A stretch of 64,000 bases of DNA. Origin: Eledone cirrhosa (taxonomy: Eukaryota). The translations under genes and the position numbers were made by a program. The DNA is taken from contig OZ024758.1 in NCBI GenBank assembly GCA_964016885.1, forward strand, positions 37,820,001 through 37,884,000. The letters run 5' to 3'. Under the pieces are notes generated by a model. It made no database searches. It was not told the DNA's origin and saw nothing but the letters and a program-made list of their open reading frames with translations. Below, in pieces: positions 1-12,600 of the stretch; position 1 is the stretch's first letter; each line of letters opens with the position of its first letter.

Positions 1-1484
1 CACTGTTGGTGAGAATTCATTTAAGTTCATGGTATTAGCTGTCAGAAGGAACGCCACTGTTGGTGAGAATTCATTTAAGTTCATGGTATTAGCTGTCAGA
101 AGTAACTCCACTGTTGGTGAGAATTCATTTAAGTTCATGGTACTAGCTGTCAGAAGTAACTCCAATGTTGGTGAGAATTCATTTAAGTTCATGGTATTAG
201 CTGTCAGAAGGAACTCCACTGTTGCTGAGAATTCATTTAAGTTCATGGTATTAGCTGTCAGAAGTAACTCCACTGTTGGTGAGAATTCATTTAAGTTCAT
301 GGTACTAGCTGTCAGAAGTAACTCCACTGTTGGTGAGAATTCATTTAAGTTCATGGTATTAGCTGTCAGAAGTCACTCCAATGTTGGTGAGAATTCATTT
401 AAGTTCATGGTATTAGCTGTCAGAAGTCACTCCACTGTTGGTGAGAATTCATTTAAGTTCATGGTACTAGCTGTCAGAAGTAACCCCAATGTTGGTGAGA
501 ATTCATTTAAGTTCATGGTATTAGCTGTCAGAAGTCACTCCAATGTTGGTGAGAATTCATTTAAGTTCATGGTATTAACTGTCAGAAGTAACTCCACTGT
601 TGGTGAGAATTCATTTAAGTTCATGGTATTAGCTGTCAGAAGTAACTCCACTGTTGGTGAGAATTCATTTAAGTTCATGGTATTAGCTGTCAGAAGTAAC
701 TCCACTGTTGGGGAGAATTCATTTAAGTCATGGTATTAGCTGTCAGAAGTAACTCCAATGTTGGTGAGAATTCATTGAAGTTCATGGTATTAGTTGTCAG
801 AAGTCACTCCACTGTTGGTGAGAATTCATTTAAGTTCATGGTACTAGCTGTCAGAAGTAACCCCAATGTTGGTGAGAATTCATTTAAGTTCATGGTATTA
901 GCTGTCAGAAGTCACTCCAATGTTGGTGAGAATTCATTTAAGTTCATGGTATTAGCTGTCAGAAGTAACTCCACTGTTGGTGAGAATTCATTTAAGTTCA
1001 TGGTATTAGCTGTCAGAAGTAACTCCACTGTTGGTGAGAATTCATTTAAGTTCATGGTATTAGCTGTCAGAAGTAACTCCACTGTTGGTGAGAATTCATT
1101 TAAGTTCATGGTATTAGCTGTCAGAAGTCACTCCAATGTTGGTGAGAATTCATTTAAGTCATGGTACTAGCTGTCAGAAGTAACTCCACTGTTGGTGAGA
1201 ATTCATTTAAGTTCATTGTATTAGCTGTCAGAAGGAACGCCACTGTTGGTGAGAATTCATTTAAGTTCATGGTATTAGCTGTCAGAAGTAACTCCACTGT
1301 TGGTGAGAATTCATTTAAGTTCATGGTACTAGCTGTCAGAAGTAACTCCAATGTTGGTGAGAATCCATTTAAGTTCATGGTATTAGCTGTCAGAAGGAAC
1401 TCCACTGTTGCTGAGAATTCATTTAAGTTCATGGTATTAGCTGTCAGAAGTAACTCCACTGTTGGTGAGAATTCATTTAAGTTC

Positions 1485-4400
1485 ATGGTACTAGCTGTCA
1501 GAAGTCACTCCACTGTTGGTGAGAATACATTTAAGTTCATGGTACTAGCTGTCAGAAGTTACCCCAATGTTGGTGAGAATTCATTTAAGTTCATGGTATT
1601 AGCTGTCAGAAGTCACTCCAATGTTGGTGAGAATTCATTTAAGTTCATGGTATTAGCTGTCAGAAGTAACTCCACTGTTGGTAAGAATTCATTTAAGTTC
1701 ATGGTATTAGCTGCCAGAAGTAACTCCACTGTTGGTGAGAATTCATTTAAGTTCATGGTATTAGCTGTCAGAAGGAACGCCACTGTTGGTGAGAATTCAT
1801 TTAAGTTCATGGTATTAGCTGTCAGAAGTAACTCCACTGTTGGTGAGAATTCATTTAAGTTCATGGTACTAGCTGTCAGAAGTAACTCCAATGTTGGTGA
1901 GAATTCATTTAAGTTCATGGTATTAGCTGTCAGAAGTCACTCCACTGTTGGTGAGAATTCATTTAAGTTCATGGTACTAGCTGTCAGAAGTAACCCCAAT
2001 GTTGGTGAGAATTCATTTAAGTTCATGGTATTAGCTGTCAGAAGTCACTCCAATGTTGGTGAGAATTCATTTAAGTTCATGGTATTAGCTGTCAGAAGTA
2101 ACTCCACTGTTGGTGAGAATTCATTTAAGTTCATGGTATTAGCTGTCAGAAGTAACTCCACTGTTGGTGAGAATTCATTTAAGTTCATGGTATTAGCTGT
2201 CAGAAGTAACTCCACTGTTGGTGAGAATTCATTTAAGTCATGGTATTAGCTGTCAGAAGTAACTCCAATGTTGGTGAGAATTCATTTAAGTTCATGGTAT
2301 TAGCTGTCAGAAGTCACTCCACTGTTGGTGAGAATTCATTTAAGTTCATGGTACTAGCTGTCAGAAGTAACCCCAATGTTGGTGAGAATTCATTTAAGTT
2401 CATGGTATTAGCTGTCAGAAGTCACTCCAATGTTGGTGAGAATTCATTTAAGTTCATGGTATTAGCTGTCAGAAGTAACTCCACTGTTGGTGAGAATTCA
2501 TTTAAGTTCATGGTATTAGCTGTCAGAAGTAACTCCACTGTTGGTGAGAATTCATTTAAGTTCATGGTATTATCTGTCAGAAGTAACTCCACTGTTGGTG
2601 AGAATTCATTTAAGTTCATGGTATTAGCTGTCAGAAGGAACTCCAATGTTGGTGAGAATTCATTTAAGTCATGGTACTAGCTGTCAGAAGTAACTCCACT
2701 GTTGGTGAGAATTCATTTAAGTTCATGGTATTAGCTGTCAGAAGGAACTCCACTGTTGGTGAGAATTCATTTAAGTTCATGGTATTAGCTGTCAGAAGTA
2801 ACTCCACTGTTGGTGAGAATTCATTTAAGTTCATGGTATTAGCTGTCAGAAGTAACTGCACCGTTGGTGAGAATTCATTTAAGTTCATGGTACTAGCTGT
2901 CAGAAGTAACTCCAATGTTGGTGAGAATTCATTTAAGTTCATGGTATTAGCTGTCAGAAGTAACTCCACTGTTGGTGAGAATTCATTTAAGTTCATGGTA
3001 TTAGCTGTCAGAAGTAACTCCACTGTTGGTAAGAATTCATTTAAGTTCATGGTATTAGCTGTCAGAAGTAACTCCACTGTTGGTGAGAATTCATTTAAGT
3101 TCATGGTATTAGCTGTCAGAAGGAACGCCACTGTTGGTGAGAATTCATTTAAGTTCATGGTATTAGCTGTCAGAAGTAACTCCACTGTTGGTGAGAATTC
3201 ATTTAAGTTCATGGTACTAGCTGTCAGAAGTAACTCCACTGTTGGTGAGAATTCATTTAAGTTCATGGTATTAGCTGTCAGAAGTCACTCCAATGTTGGT
3301 GAGAATTCATTTAAGTTCATGGTATTAGCTGTCAGAAGTCACTCCACGGTTGGTGAGAATTCATTTAAGTTCATGGTACTAGCTGTCAGAAGTAACCCCA
3401 ATGTTGGTGAGAATTCATTTAAGTTCATGGTATTAGCTGTCAGAAGTCACTCCAATGTCGGTGAGAATTCATTTAAGTTCATGGTATTAGCTGTCAGAAG
3501 TAACTCCACTGTTGGTGAGAATTCATTTAAGTTCATGGTATTAGCTGTCAGAAGTAACTCCACTGTTGGTGAGAATTCATTTAAGTTCATGGTATTAGCT
3601 GTCAGAAGTAACTCCACTGTTGGTGAGAATTCATTTAAGTCATGGTATTAGCTGTCAGAAGTAACTCCAATGTTGGTGAGAATTCATTTAAGTTCATGGT
3701 ATTAGCTGTCAGAAGTCACTCCACTGTTGGTGAGAATTCATTTAAGTTCATGGTACTAGCTGTCAGAAGTAACCCCAATGTTGGTGAGAATTCATTTAAG
3801 TTCATGGTATTAGCTGTCAGAAGTCACTCCAATGTTGGTGAGAATTCATTTAAGTTCATGGTATTAGCTGTCAGAAGTAACTCCACTGTTGGTGAGAATT
3901 CATTTAAGTTCATGGTATTAGCTGTCAGAAGTAACTCCACTGTTGGTGAGAATTCATTTAAGTTCATGGTATTAGCTGTCAGAAGTAACTCCACTGTTGG
4001 TGAGAATTCATTTAAGTTCATGGTACTAGCTGTCAGAAGTCACTCCACTGTTGGTGAGAATACATTTAAGTTCATGGTACTAGCTGTCAGAAGTTACCCC
4101 AATGTTGGTGAGAATTCATTTAAGTTCATGGTATTAGCTGTCAGAAGTCACTCCAATGTTGGTGAGAATTCATTTAAGTTCATGGTATTAGCTGTCAGAA
4201 GTAACTCCACTGTTGGTAAGAATTCATTTAAGTTCATGGTATTAGCTGTCAGAAGTAACTCCACTGTTGGTGAGAATTCATTTAAGTTCATGGTATTAGC
4301 TGTCAGAAGGAACGCCACTGTTGGTGAGAATTCATTTAAGTTCATGGTATTAGCTGTCAGAAGTAACTCCACTGTTGGTGAGAATTCATTTAAGTTCATG

Positions 4401-6608
4401 GTACTAGCTGTCAGAAGTAACTCCACTGTTGGTGAGAATTCATTTAAGTTCATGGTATTAGCTGTCAGAAGTCACTCCAATGTTGGTGAGAATTCATTTA
4501 AGTTCATGGTATTAGCTGTCAGAAGTCACTCCACTGTTGGTGAGAATTCATTTAAGTTCATGGTACTAGCTGTCAGAAGTAACCCCAATGTTGGTGAGAA
4601 TTCATTTAAGTTCATGGTATTAGCTGTCAGAAGTCACTCCAATGTTGGTGAGAATTCATTTAAGTTCATGGTATTAGCTGTCAGAAGTAACTCCACTGTT
4701 GGTGAGAATTCATTTAAGTTCATGGTATTAGCTGTCAGAAGTAACTCCACTGTTGGTGAGAATTCATTTAAGTTCATGGTATTAGCTGTCAGAAGTAACT
4801 CCACTGTTGGTGAGAATTCATTTAAGTCATGGTATTAGCTGTCAGAAGTAACTCCAATGTTGGTGAGAATTCATTTAAGTTCATGGTATTAGCTGTCAGA
4901 AGTCACTCCACTGTTGGTGAGAATTCATTTAAGTTCATGGTACTAGCTGTCAGAAGTAACCCCAATGTTGGTGAGAATTCATTTAAGTTCATGGTATTAG
5001 CTGTCAGAAGTCACTCCAATGTTGGTGAGAATTCATTTAAGTTCATGGTATTAGCTGTCAGAAGTAACTCCACTGTTGGTGAGAATTCATTTAAGTTCAT
5101 GGTATTAGCTGTCAGAAGTAACTCCACTGTTGGTGAGAATTCATTTAAGTTCATGGTATTAGCTGTCAGAAGTAACTCCACTGTTGGTGAGAATTCATTT
5201 AAGTTCATGGTATTAGCTGTCAGAAGGAACTCCAATGTTGGTGAGAATTCATTTAAGTCATGGTACTAGCTGTCAGAAGTAACTCCACTGTTGGTGAGAA
5301 TTCATTTAAGTTCATGGTATTAGCTGTCAGAAGGAACTCCACTGTTGGTGAGAATTCATTTAAGTTCATGGTATTAGCTGTCAGAAGTAACTCCACTGTT
5401 GGTGAGAATTCATTTAAGTTCATGGTATTAGCTGTCAGAAGTAACTGCACCGTTGGTGAGAATTCATTTAAGTTCATGGTACTAGCTGTCAGAAGTAACT
5501 CCAATGTTGGTGAGAATTCATTTAAGTTCATGGTATTAGCTGTCAGAAGTAACTCCACTGTTGGTGAGAATTCATTTAAGTTCATGGTATTAGCTGTCAG
5601 AAGTAACTCCACTGTTGGTAAGAATTCATTTAAGTTCATGGTATTAGCTGTCAGAAGTAACTCCACTGTTGGTGAGAATTCATTTAAGTTCATGGTATTA
5701 GCTGTCAGAAGGAACGCCACTGTTGGTGAGAATTCATTTAAGTTCATGGTATTAGCTGTCAGAAGTAACTCCACTGTTGGTGAGAATTCATTTAAGTTCA
5801 TGGTACTAGCTGTCAGAAGTAACTCCACTGTTGGTGAGAATTCATTTAAGTTCATGGTATTAGCTGTCAGAAGTCACTCCAATGTTGGTGAGAATTCATT
5901 TAAGTTCATGGTATTAGCTGTCAGAAGTCACTCCACGGTTGGTGAGAATTCATTTAAGTTCATGGTACTAGCTGTCAGAAGTAACCCCAATGTTGGTGAG
6001 AATTCATTTAAGTTCATGGTATTAGCTGTCAGAAGTCACTCCAATGTCGGTGAGAATTCATTTAAGTTCATGGTATTAGCTGTCAGAAGTAACTCCACTG
6101 TTGGTGAGAATTCATTTAAGTTCATGGTATTAGCTGTCAGAAGTAACTCCACTGTTGGTGAGAATTCATTTAAGTTGATGGTATTAGCTGTCAGAAGTAA
6201 CTCCACTGTTGGTGAGAATTCATTTAAGTCATGGTATTAGCTGTCAGAAGTAACTCCAATGTTGGTGAGAATTCATTTAAGTTCATGGTATTAGCTGTCA
6301 GAAGTCACTCCACTGTTGGTGAGAATTCATTTAAGTTCATGGTACTAGCTGTCAGAAGTAACCCCAATGTTGGTGAGAATTCATTTAAGTTCATGGTATT
6401 AGCTGTCAGAAGTCACTCCAATGTTGGTGAGAATTCATTTAAGTTCATGGTATTAGCTGTCAGAAGTAACTCCACTGTTGGTGAGAATTCATTTAAGTTC
6501 ATGGTATTAGCTGTCAGAAGTAACTCCACTGTTGGTGAGAATTCATTTAAGTTCATGGTATTAGCTGTCAGAAGTAACTCCACTGTTGGTGAGAATTCAT
6601 TTAAGTTC
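1485..6608. repeat. Tandem duplication of a 47/48-monomer block (1485-4019, 2535 bp; 4020-6608, 2589 bp)
   Basis: The private marker AGTTACCCC occurs only at 1560 and 4095. Module starts 2240/4829, 2671/5260 and 3642/6231 are all offset by 2589 = 48x54-3. Confidence 0.88.
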
Positions 6609-9600
6609 ATGGTATTAGCTGTCAGAAGGAACTCCAATGTTGGTGAGAATTCATTTAAGTTCATGGTATTAGCTGTCAGAAGTCACTCCACTGTTGGTGA
6701 GAATACATTTAAGTTCATGGTACTAGCTGTCAGAAGTAACCCCACTGTTGGTGAGAATTCATTTAAGTTCATGGTATTAGCTGTCAGAAGGAACGCCACT
6801 GTTGGTGAGAATTCATTTAAGTTCATGGTATTAGCTGTCAGAAGTAACTCCACTGTTGGTGAGAATTCATTTAAGTTCATGGTACTAGCTGTCAGAAGTA
6901 ACTCCAATGTTGGTGAGAATTCATTTAAGTTCATGGTATTAGCTGTCAGAAGGAACTCCACTGTTGCTGAGAATTCATTTAAGTTCATGGTATTAGCTGT
7001 CAGAAGTAACTCCACTGTTGGTGAGAATTCATTTAAGTTCATGGTACTAGCTGTCAGAAGTAACTCCACTGTTGGTGAGAATTCATTTAAGTTCATGGTA
7101 TTAGCTGTCAGAAGTCACTCCAATGTTGGTGAGAATTCATTTAAGTTCATGGTATTAGCTGTCAGAAGTCACTCCACTGTTGGTGAGAATTCATTTAAGT
7201 TCATGGTACTAGCTGTCAGAAGTAACCCCAATGTTGGTGAGAATTCATTTAAGTTCATGGTATTAGCTGTCAGAAGTCACTCCAATGTTGGTGAGAATTC
7301 ATTTAAGTTCATGGTATTAGCTGTCAGAAGTCACTCCAATGTTGGTGAGAATTCATTTAAGTTCATGGTATTAGCTGTCAGAAGTCACTCCACTGTTGGT
7401 GAGAATTCATTTAAGTTCATGGTACTAGCTGTCAGAAGTAACCCCAATGTTGGTGAGAATTCATTTAAGTTCATGGTATTAGCTGTCAGAAGTCACTCCA
7501 ATGTTGGTGAGAATTCATTTAAGTTCATGGTATTAACTGTCAGAAGTAACTCCACTGTTGGTGAGAATTCATTTAAGTTCATGGTATTAGCTGTCAGAAG
7601 TAACTCCACTGTTGGTGAGAATTCATTTAAGTTCATGGTATTAGCTGTCAGAAGTAACTCCGCTGTTGGTGAGAATTCATTTAAGTCATGGTATTAGCTG
7701 TCAGAAGTAACTCCAATGTTGGTGAGAATTCATTTAAGTTCATGGTATTAGCTGTCAGAAGTAACTCCACTGTTGGTGAGAATTCATTTAAGTTCATGGT
7801 ATTAGCTGTCAGAAGTAACTCCACTGTTGGGGAGAATTCATTTAAGTCATGGTATTAGCTGTCAGAAGTAACTCCAATGTTGGTGAGAATTCATTGAAGT
7901 TCATGGTATTAGTTGTCAGAAGTCACTCCACTGTTGGTGAGAATTCATTTAAGTTCATGGTACTAGCTGTCAGAAGTAACCCCAATGTTGGTGAGAATTC
8001 ATTTAAGTTCATGGTATTAGCTGTCAGAAGTCACTCCAATGTTGGTGAGAATTCATTTAAGTTCATGGTATTAGCTGTCAGAAGTAACTCCACTGTTGGT
8101 GAGAATTCATTTAAGTTCATGGTATTAGCTGTCAGAAGTAACTCCACTGTTGGTGAGAATTCATTTAAGTTCATGGTATTAGCTGTCAGAAGTAACTCCA
8201 CTGTTGGTGAGAATTCATTTAAGTTCATGGTATTAGCTGTCAGAAGTCACTCCAATGTTGGTGAGAATTCATTTAAGTCATGGTACTAGCTGTCAGAAGT
8301 AACTCCACTGTTGGTGAGAATTCATTTAAGTTCATTGTATTAGCTGTCAGAAGGAACGCCACTGTTGGTGAGAATTCATTTAAGTTCATGGTATTAGCTG
8401 TCAGAAGTAACTCCACTGTTGGTGAGAATTCATTTAAGTTCATGGTACTAGCTGTCAGAAGTAACTCCAATGTTGGTGAGAATCCATTTAAGTTCATGGT
8501 ATTAGCTGTCAGAAGGAACTCCACTGTTGCTGAGAATTCATTTAAGTTCATGGTATTAGCTGTCAGAAGTAACTCCACTGTTGGTGAGAATTCATTTAAG
8601 TTCATGGTACTAGCTGTCAGAAGTCACTCCACTGTTGGTGAGAATACATTTAAGTTCATGGTACTAGCTGTCAGAAGTAACCCCAATGTTGGTGAGAATT
8701 CATTTAAGTTCATAGTATTAGCTGTCAGAAGTCACTCCAATGTTGGTGAGAATTCATTTAAGTTCATGGTATTAGCTGTCAGAAGTAACTCCACTGTTGG
8801 TAAGAATTCATTTAAGTTCATGGTATTAGCTGTCAGAAGTAACTCCACTGTTGGTGAGAATTCATTTAAGTTCATGGTATTAGCTGTCAGAAGGAACGCC
8901 ACTGTTGGTGAGAATTCATTTAAGTTCATGGTATTAGCTGTCAGAAGTAACTCCACTGTTGGTGAGAATTCATTTAAGTTCATGGTACTAGCTGTCAGAA
9001 GTAACTCCACTGTTGGTGAGAATTCATTTAAGTTCATGGTATTAGCTGTCAGAAGTCACTCCAATGTTGGTGAGAATTCATTTAAGTTCATGGTATTAGC
9101 TGTCAGAAGTCACTCCACTGTTGGTGAGAATTCATTTAAGTTCATGGTACTAGCTGTCAGAAGTAACCCCAATGTTGGTGAGAATTCATTTAAGTTCATG
9201 GTATTAGCTGTCAGAAGTCACTCCAATGTTGGTGAGAATTCATTTAAGTTCATGGTATTAGCTGTCAGAAGTAACTCCACTGTTGGTGAGAATTCATTTA
9301 AGTTCATGGTATTAGCTGTCAGAAGTAACTCCACTGTTGGTGAGAATTCATTTAAGTTCATGGTATTAGCTGTCAGAAGTAACTCCACTGTTGGTGAGAA
9401 TTCATTTAAGTCATGGTATTAGCTGTCAGAAGTAACTCCAATGTTGGTGAGAATTCATTTAAGTTCATGGTATTAGCTGTCAGAAGTCACTCCACTGTTG
9501 GTGAGAATTCATTTAAGTTCATGGTACTAGCTGTCAGAAGTAACCCCAATGTTGGTGAGAATTCATTTAAGTTCATGGTATTAGCTGTCAGAAGTCACTC

Positions 9601-12600
9601 CAATGTTGGTGAGAATTCATTTAAGTTCATGGTATTAGCTGTCAGAAGTAACTCCACTGTTGGTGAGAATTCATTTAAGTTCATGGTATTAGCTGTCAGA
9701 AGTAACTCCACTGTTGGTGAGAATTCATTTAAGTTCATGGTATTAGCTGTCAGAAGTAACTCCACTGTTGGTGAGAATTCATTTAAGTTCATGGTATTAG
9801 CTGTCAGAAGGAACTCCAATGTTGGTGAGAATTCATTTAAGTCATGGTACTAGCTGTCAGAAGTAACTCCACTGTTGGTGAGAATTCATTTAAGTTCATG
9901 GTATTAGCTGTCAGAAGGAACTCCACTGTTGGTGAGAATTCATTTAAGTTCATGGTATTAGCTGTCAGAAGTAACTCCACTGTTGGTGAGAATTCATTTA
10001 AGTTCATGGTATTAGCTGTCAGAAGTAACTGCACCGTTGGTGAGAATTCATTTAAGTTCATGGTACTAGCTGTCAGAAGTAACTCCAATGTTGGTGAGAA
10101 TTCATTTAAGTTCATGGTATTAGCTGTCAGAAGTAACTCCACTGTTGGTGAGAATTCATTTAAGTTCATGGTATTAGCTGTCAGAAGTAACTCCACTGTT
10201 GGTAAGAATTCATTTAAGTTCATGGTATTAGCTGTCAGAAGTAACTCCACTGTTGGTGAGAATTCATTTAAGTTCATGGTATTAGCTGTCAGAAGGAACG
10301 CCACTGTTGGTGAGAATTCATTTAAGTTCATGGTATTAGCTGTCAGAAGTAACTCCACTGTTGGTGAGAATTCATTTAAGTTCATGGTACTAGCTGTCAG
10401 AAGTAACTCCACTGTTGGTGAGAATTCATTTAAGTTCATGGTATTAGCTGTCAGAAGTCACTCCAATGTTGGTGAGAATTCATTTAAGTTCATGGTATTA
10501 GCTGTCAGAAGTCACTCCACGGTTGGTGAGAATTCATTTAAGTTCATGGTACTAGCTGTCAGAAGTAACTCCACTGTTGGTGAGAATTCATTTAAGTTCA
10601 TGGTATTAGCTGTCAGAAGTAACTCCACTGTTGGTGAGAATTCATTTAAGTTCATGGTATTAGCTGTCAGAAGTCACTCCAATGTTGGTGAGAATTCATT
10701 TAAGTCATGGTACTAGCTGTCAGAAGTAACTCCAATGTTGGTGAGAATTCATTTAAGTTCATGGTATTAGCTGTCAGAAGTAACTCCACTGTTGGTGAGA
10801 ATTCATTTAAGTTCATGGTATTAGCTGTCAGAAGTAACTCCACTGTTGGTAAGAATTCATTTAAGTTCATGGTATTAGCTGTCAGAAGTAACTCCACTGT
10901 TGGTGAGAATTCATTTAAGTTCATGGTATTAGCTGTCAGAAGGAACGCCACTGTTGGTGAGAATTCATTTAAGTTCATGGTATTAGCTGTCAGAAGTAAC
11001 TCCACTGTTGGTGAGAATTCATTTAAGTTCATGGTACTAGCTGTCAGAAGTAACTCCACTGTTGGTGAGAATTCATTTAAGTTCATGGTATTAGCTGTCA
11101 GAAGTCACTCCAATGTTGGTGAGAATTCATTTAAGTTCATGGTATTAGCTGTCAGAAGTCACTCCACGGTTGGTGAGAATTCATTTAAGTTCATGGTACT
11201 AGCTGTCAGAAGTAACCCCAATGTTGGTGAGAATTCATTTAAGTTCATGGTATTAGCTGTCAGAAGTCACTCCAATGTCGGTGAGAATTCATTTAAGTTC
11301 ATGGTATTAGCTGTCAGAAGTAACTCCACTGTTGGTGAGAATTCATTTAAGTTCATGGTATTAGCTGTCAGAAGTAACTCCACTGTTGGTGAGAATTCAT
11401 TTAAGTTGATGGTATTAGCTGTCAGAAGTAACTCCACTGTTGGTGAGAATTCATTTAAGTCATGGTATTAGCTGTCAGAAGTAACTCCAATGTTGGTGAG
11501 AATTCATTTAAGTTCATGGTATTAGCTGTCAGAAGTCACTCCACTGTTGGTGAGAATTCATTTAAGTTCATGGTACTAGCTGTCAGAAGTAACCCCAATG
11601 TTGGTGAGAATTCATTTAAGTTCATGGTATTAGCTGTCAGAAGTCACTCCAATGTTGGTGAGAATTCATTTAAGTTCATGGTATTAGCTGTCAGAAGTAA
11701 CTCCACTGTTGGTGAGAATTCATTTAAGTTCATGGTATTAGCTGTCAGAAGTAACTCCACTGTTGGTGAGAATTCATTTAAGTTCATGGTATTAGCTGTC
11801 AGAAGTAACTCCACTGTTGGTGAGAATTCATTTAAGTTCATGGTATTAGCTGTCAGAAGGAACTCCAATGTTGGTGAGAATTCATTTAAGTTCATGGTAT
11901 TAGCTGTCAGAAGTCACTCCACTGTTGGTGAGAATACATTTAAGTTCATGGTACTAGCTGTCAGAAGTAACCCCACTGTTGGTGAGAATTCATTTAAGTT
12001 CATGGTATTAGCTGTCAGAAGGAACGCCACTGTTGGTGAGAATTCATTTAAGTTCATGGTATTAGCTGTCAGAAGTAACTCCACTGTTGGTGAGAATTCA
12101 TTTAAGTTCATGGTACTAGCTGTCAGAAGTAACTCCAATGTTGGTGAGAATTCATTTAAGTTCATGGTATTAGCTGTCAGAAGGAACTCCACTGTTGCTG
12201 AGAATTCATTTAAGTTCATGGTATTAGCTGTCAGAAGTAACTCCACTGTTGGTGAGAATTCATTTAAGTTCATGGTACTAGCTGTCAGAAGTAACTCCAC
12301 TGTTGGTGAGAATTCATTTAAGTTCATGGTATTAGCTGTCAGAAGTCACTCCAATGTTGGTGAGAATTCATTTAAGTTCATGGTATTAGCTGTCAGAAGT
12401 CACTCCACTGTTGGTGAGAATTCATTTAAGTTCATGGTACTAGCTGTCAGAAGTAACCCCAATGTTGGTGAGAATTCATTTAAGTTCATGGTATTAGCTG
12501 TCAGAAGTCACTCCAATGTTGGTGAGAATTCATTTAAGTTCATGGTATTAGCTGTCAGAAGTCACTCCAATGTTGGTGAGAATTCATTTAAGTTCATGGT

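Noticed and set aside
83-136. Monomer derived from three 18-bp subrepeats (CTGT at positions 11 and 29)
   Set aside because: The thirds match at only 7/18 and 5/18 positions, too close to chance.
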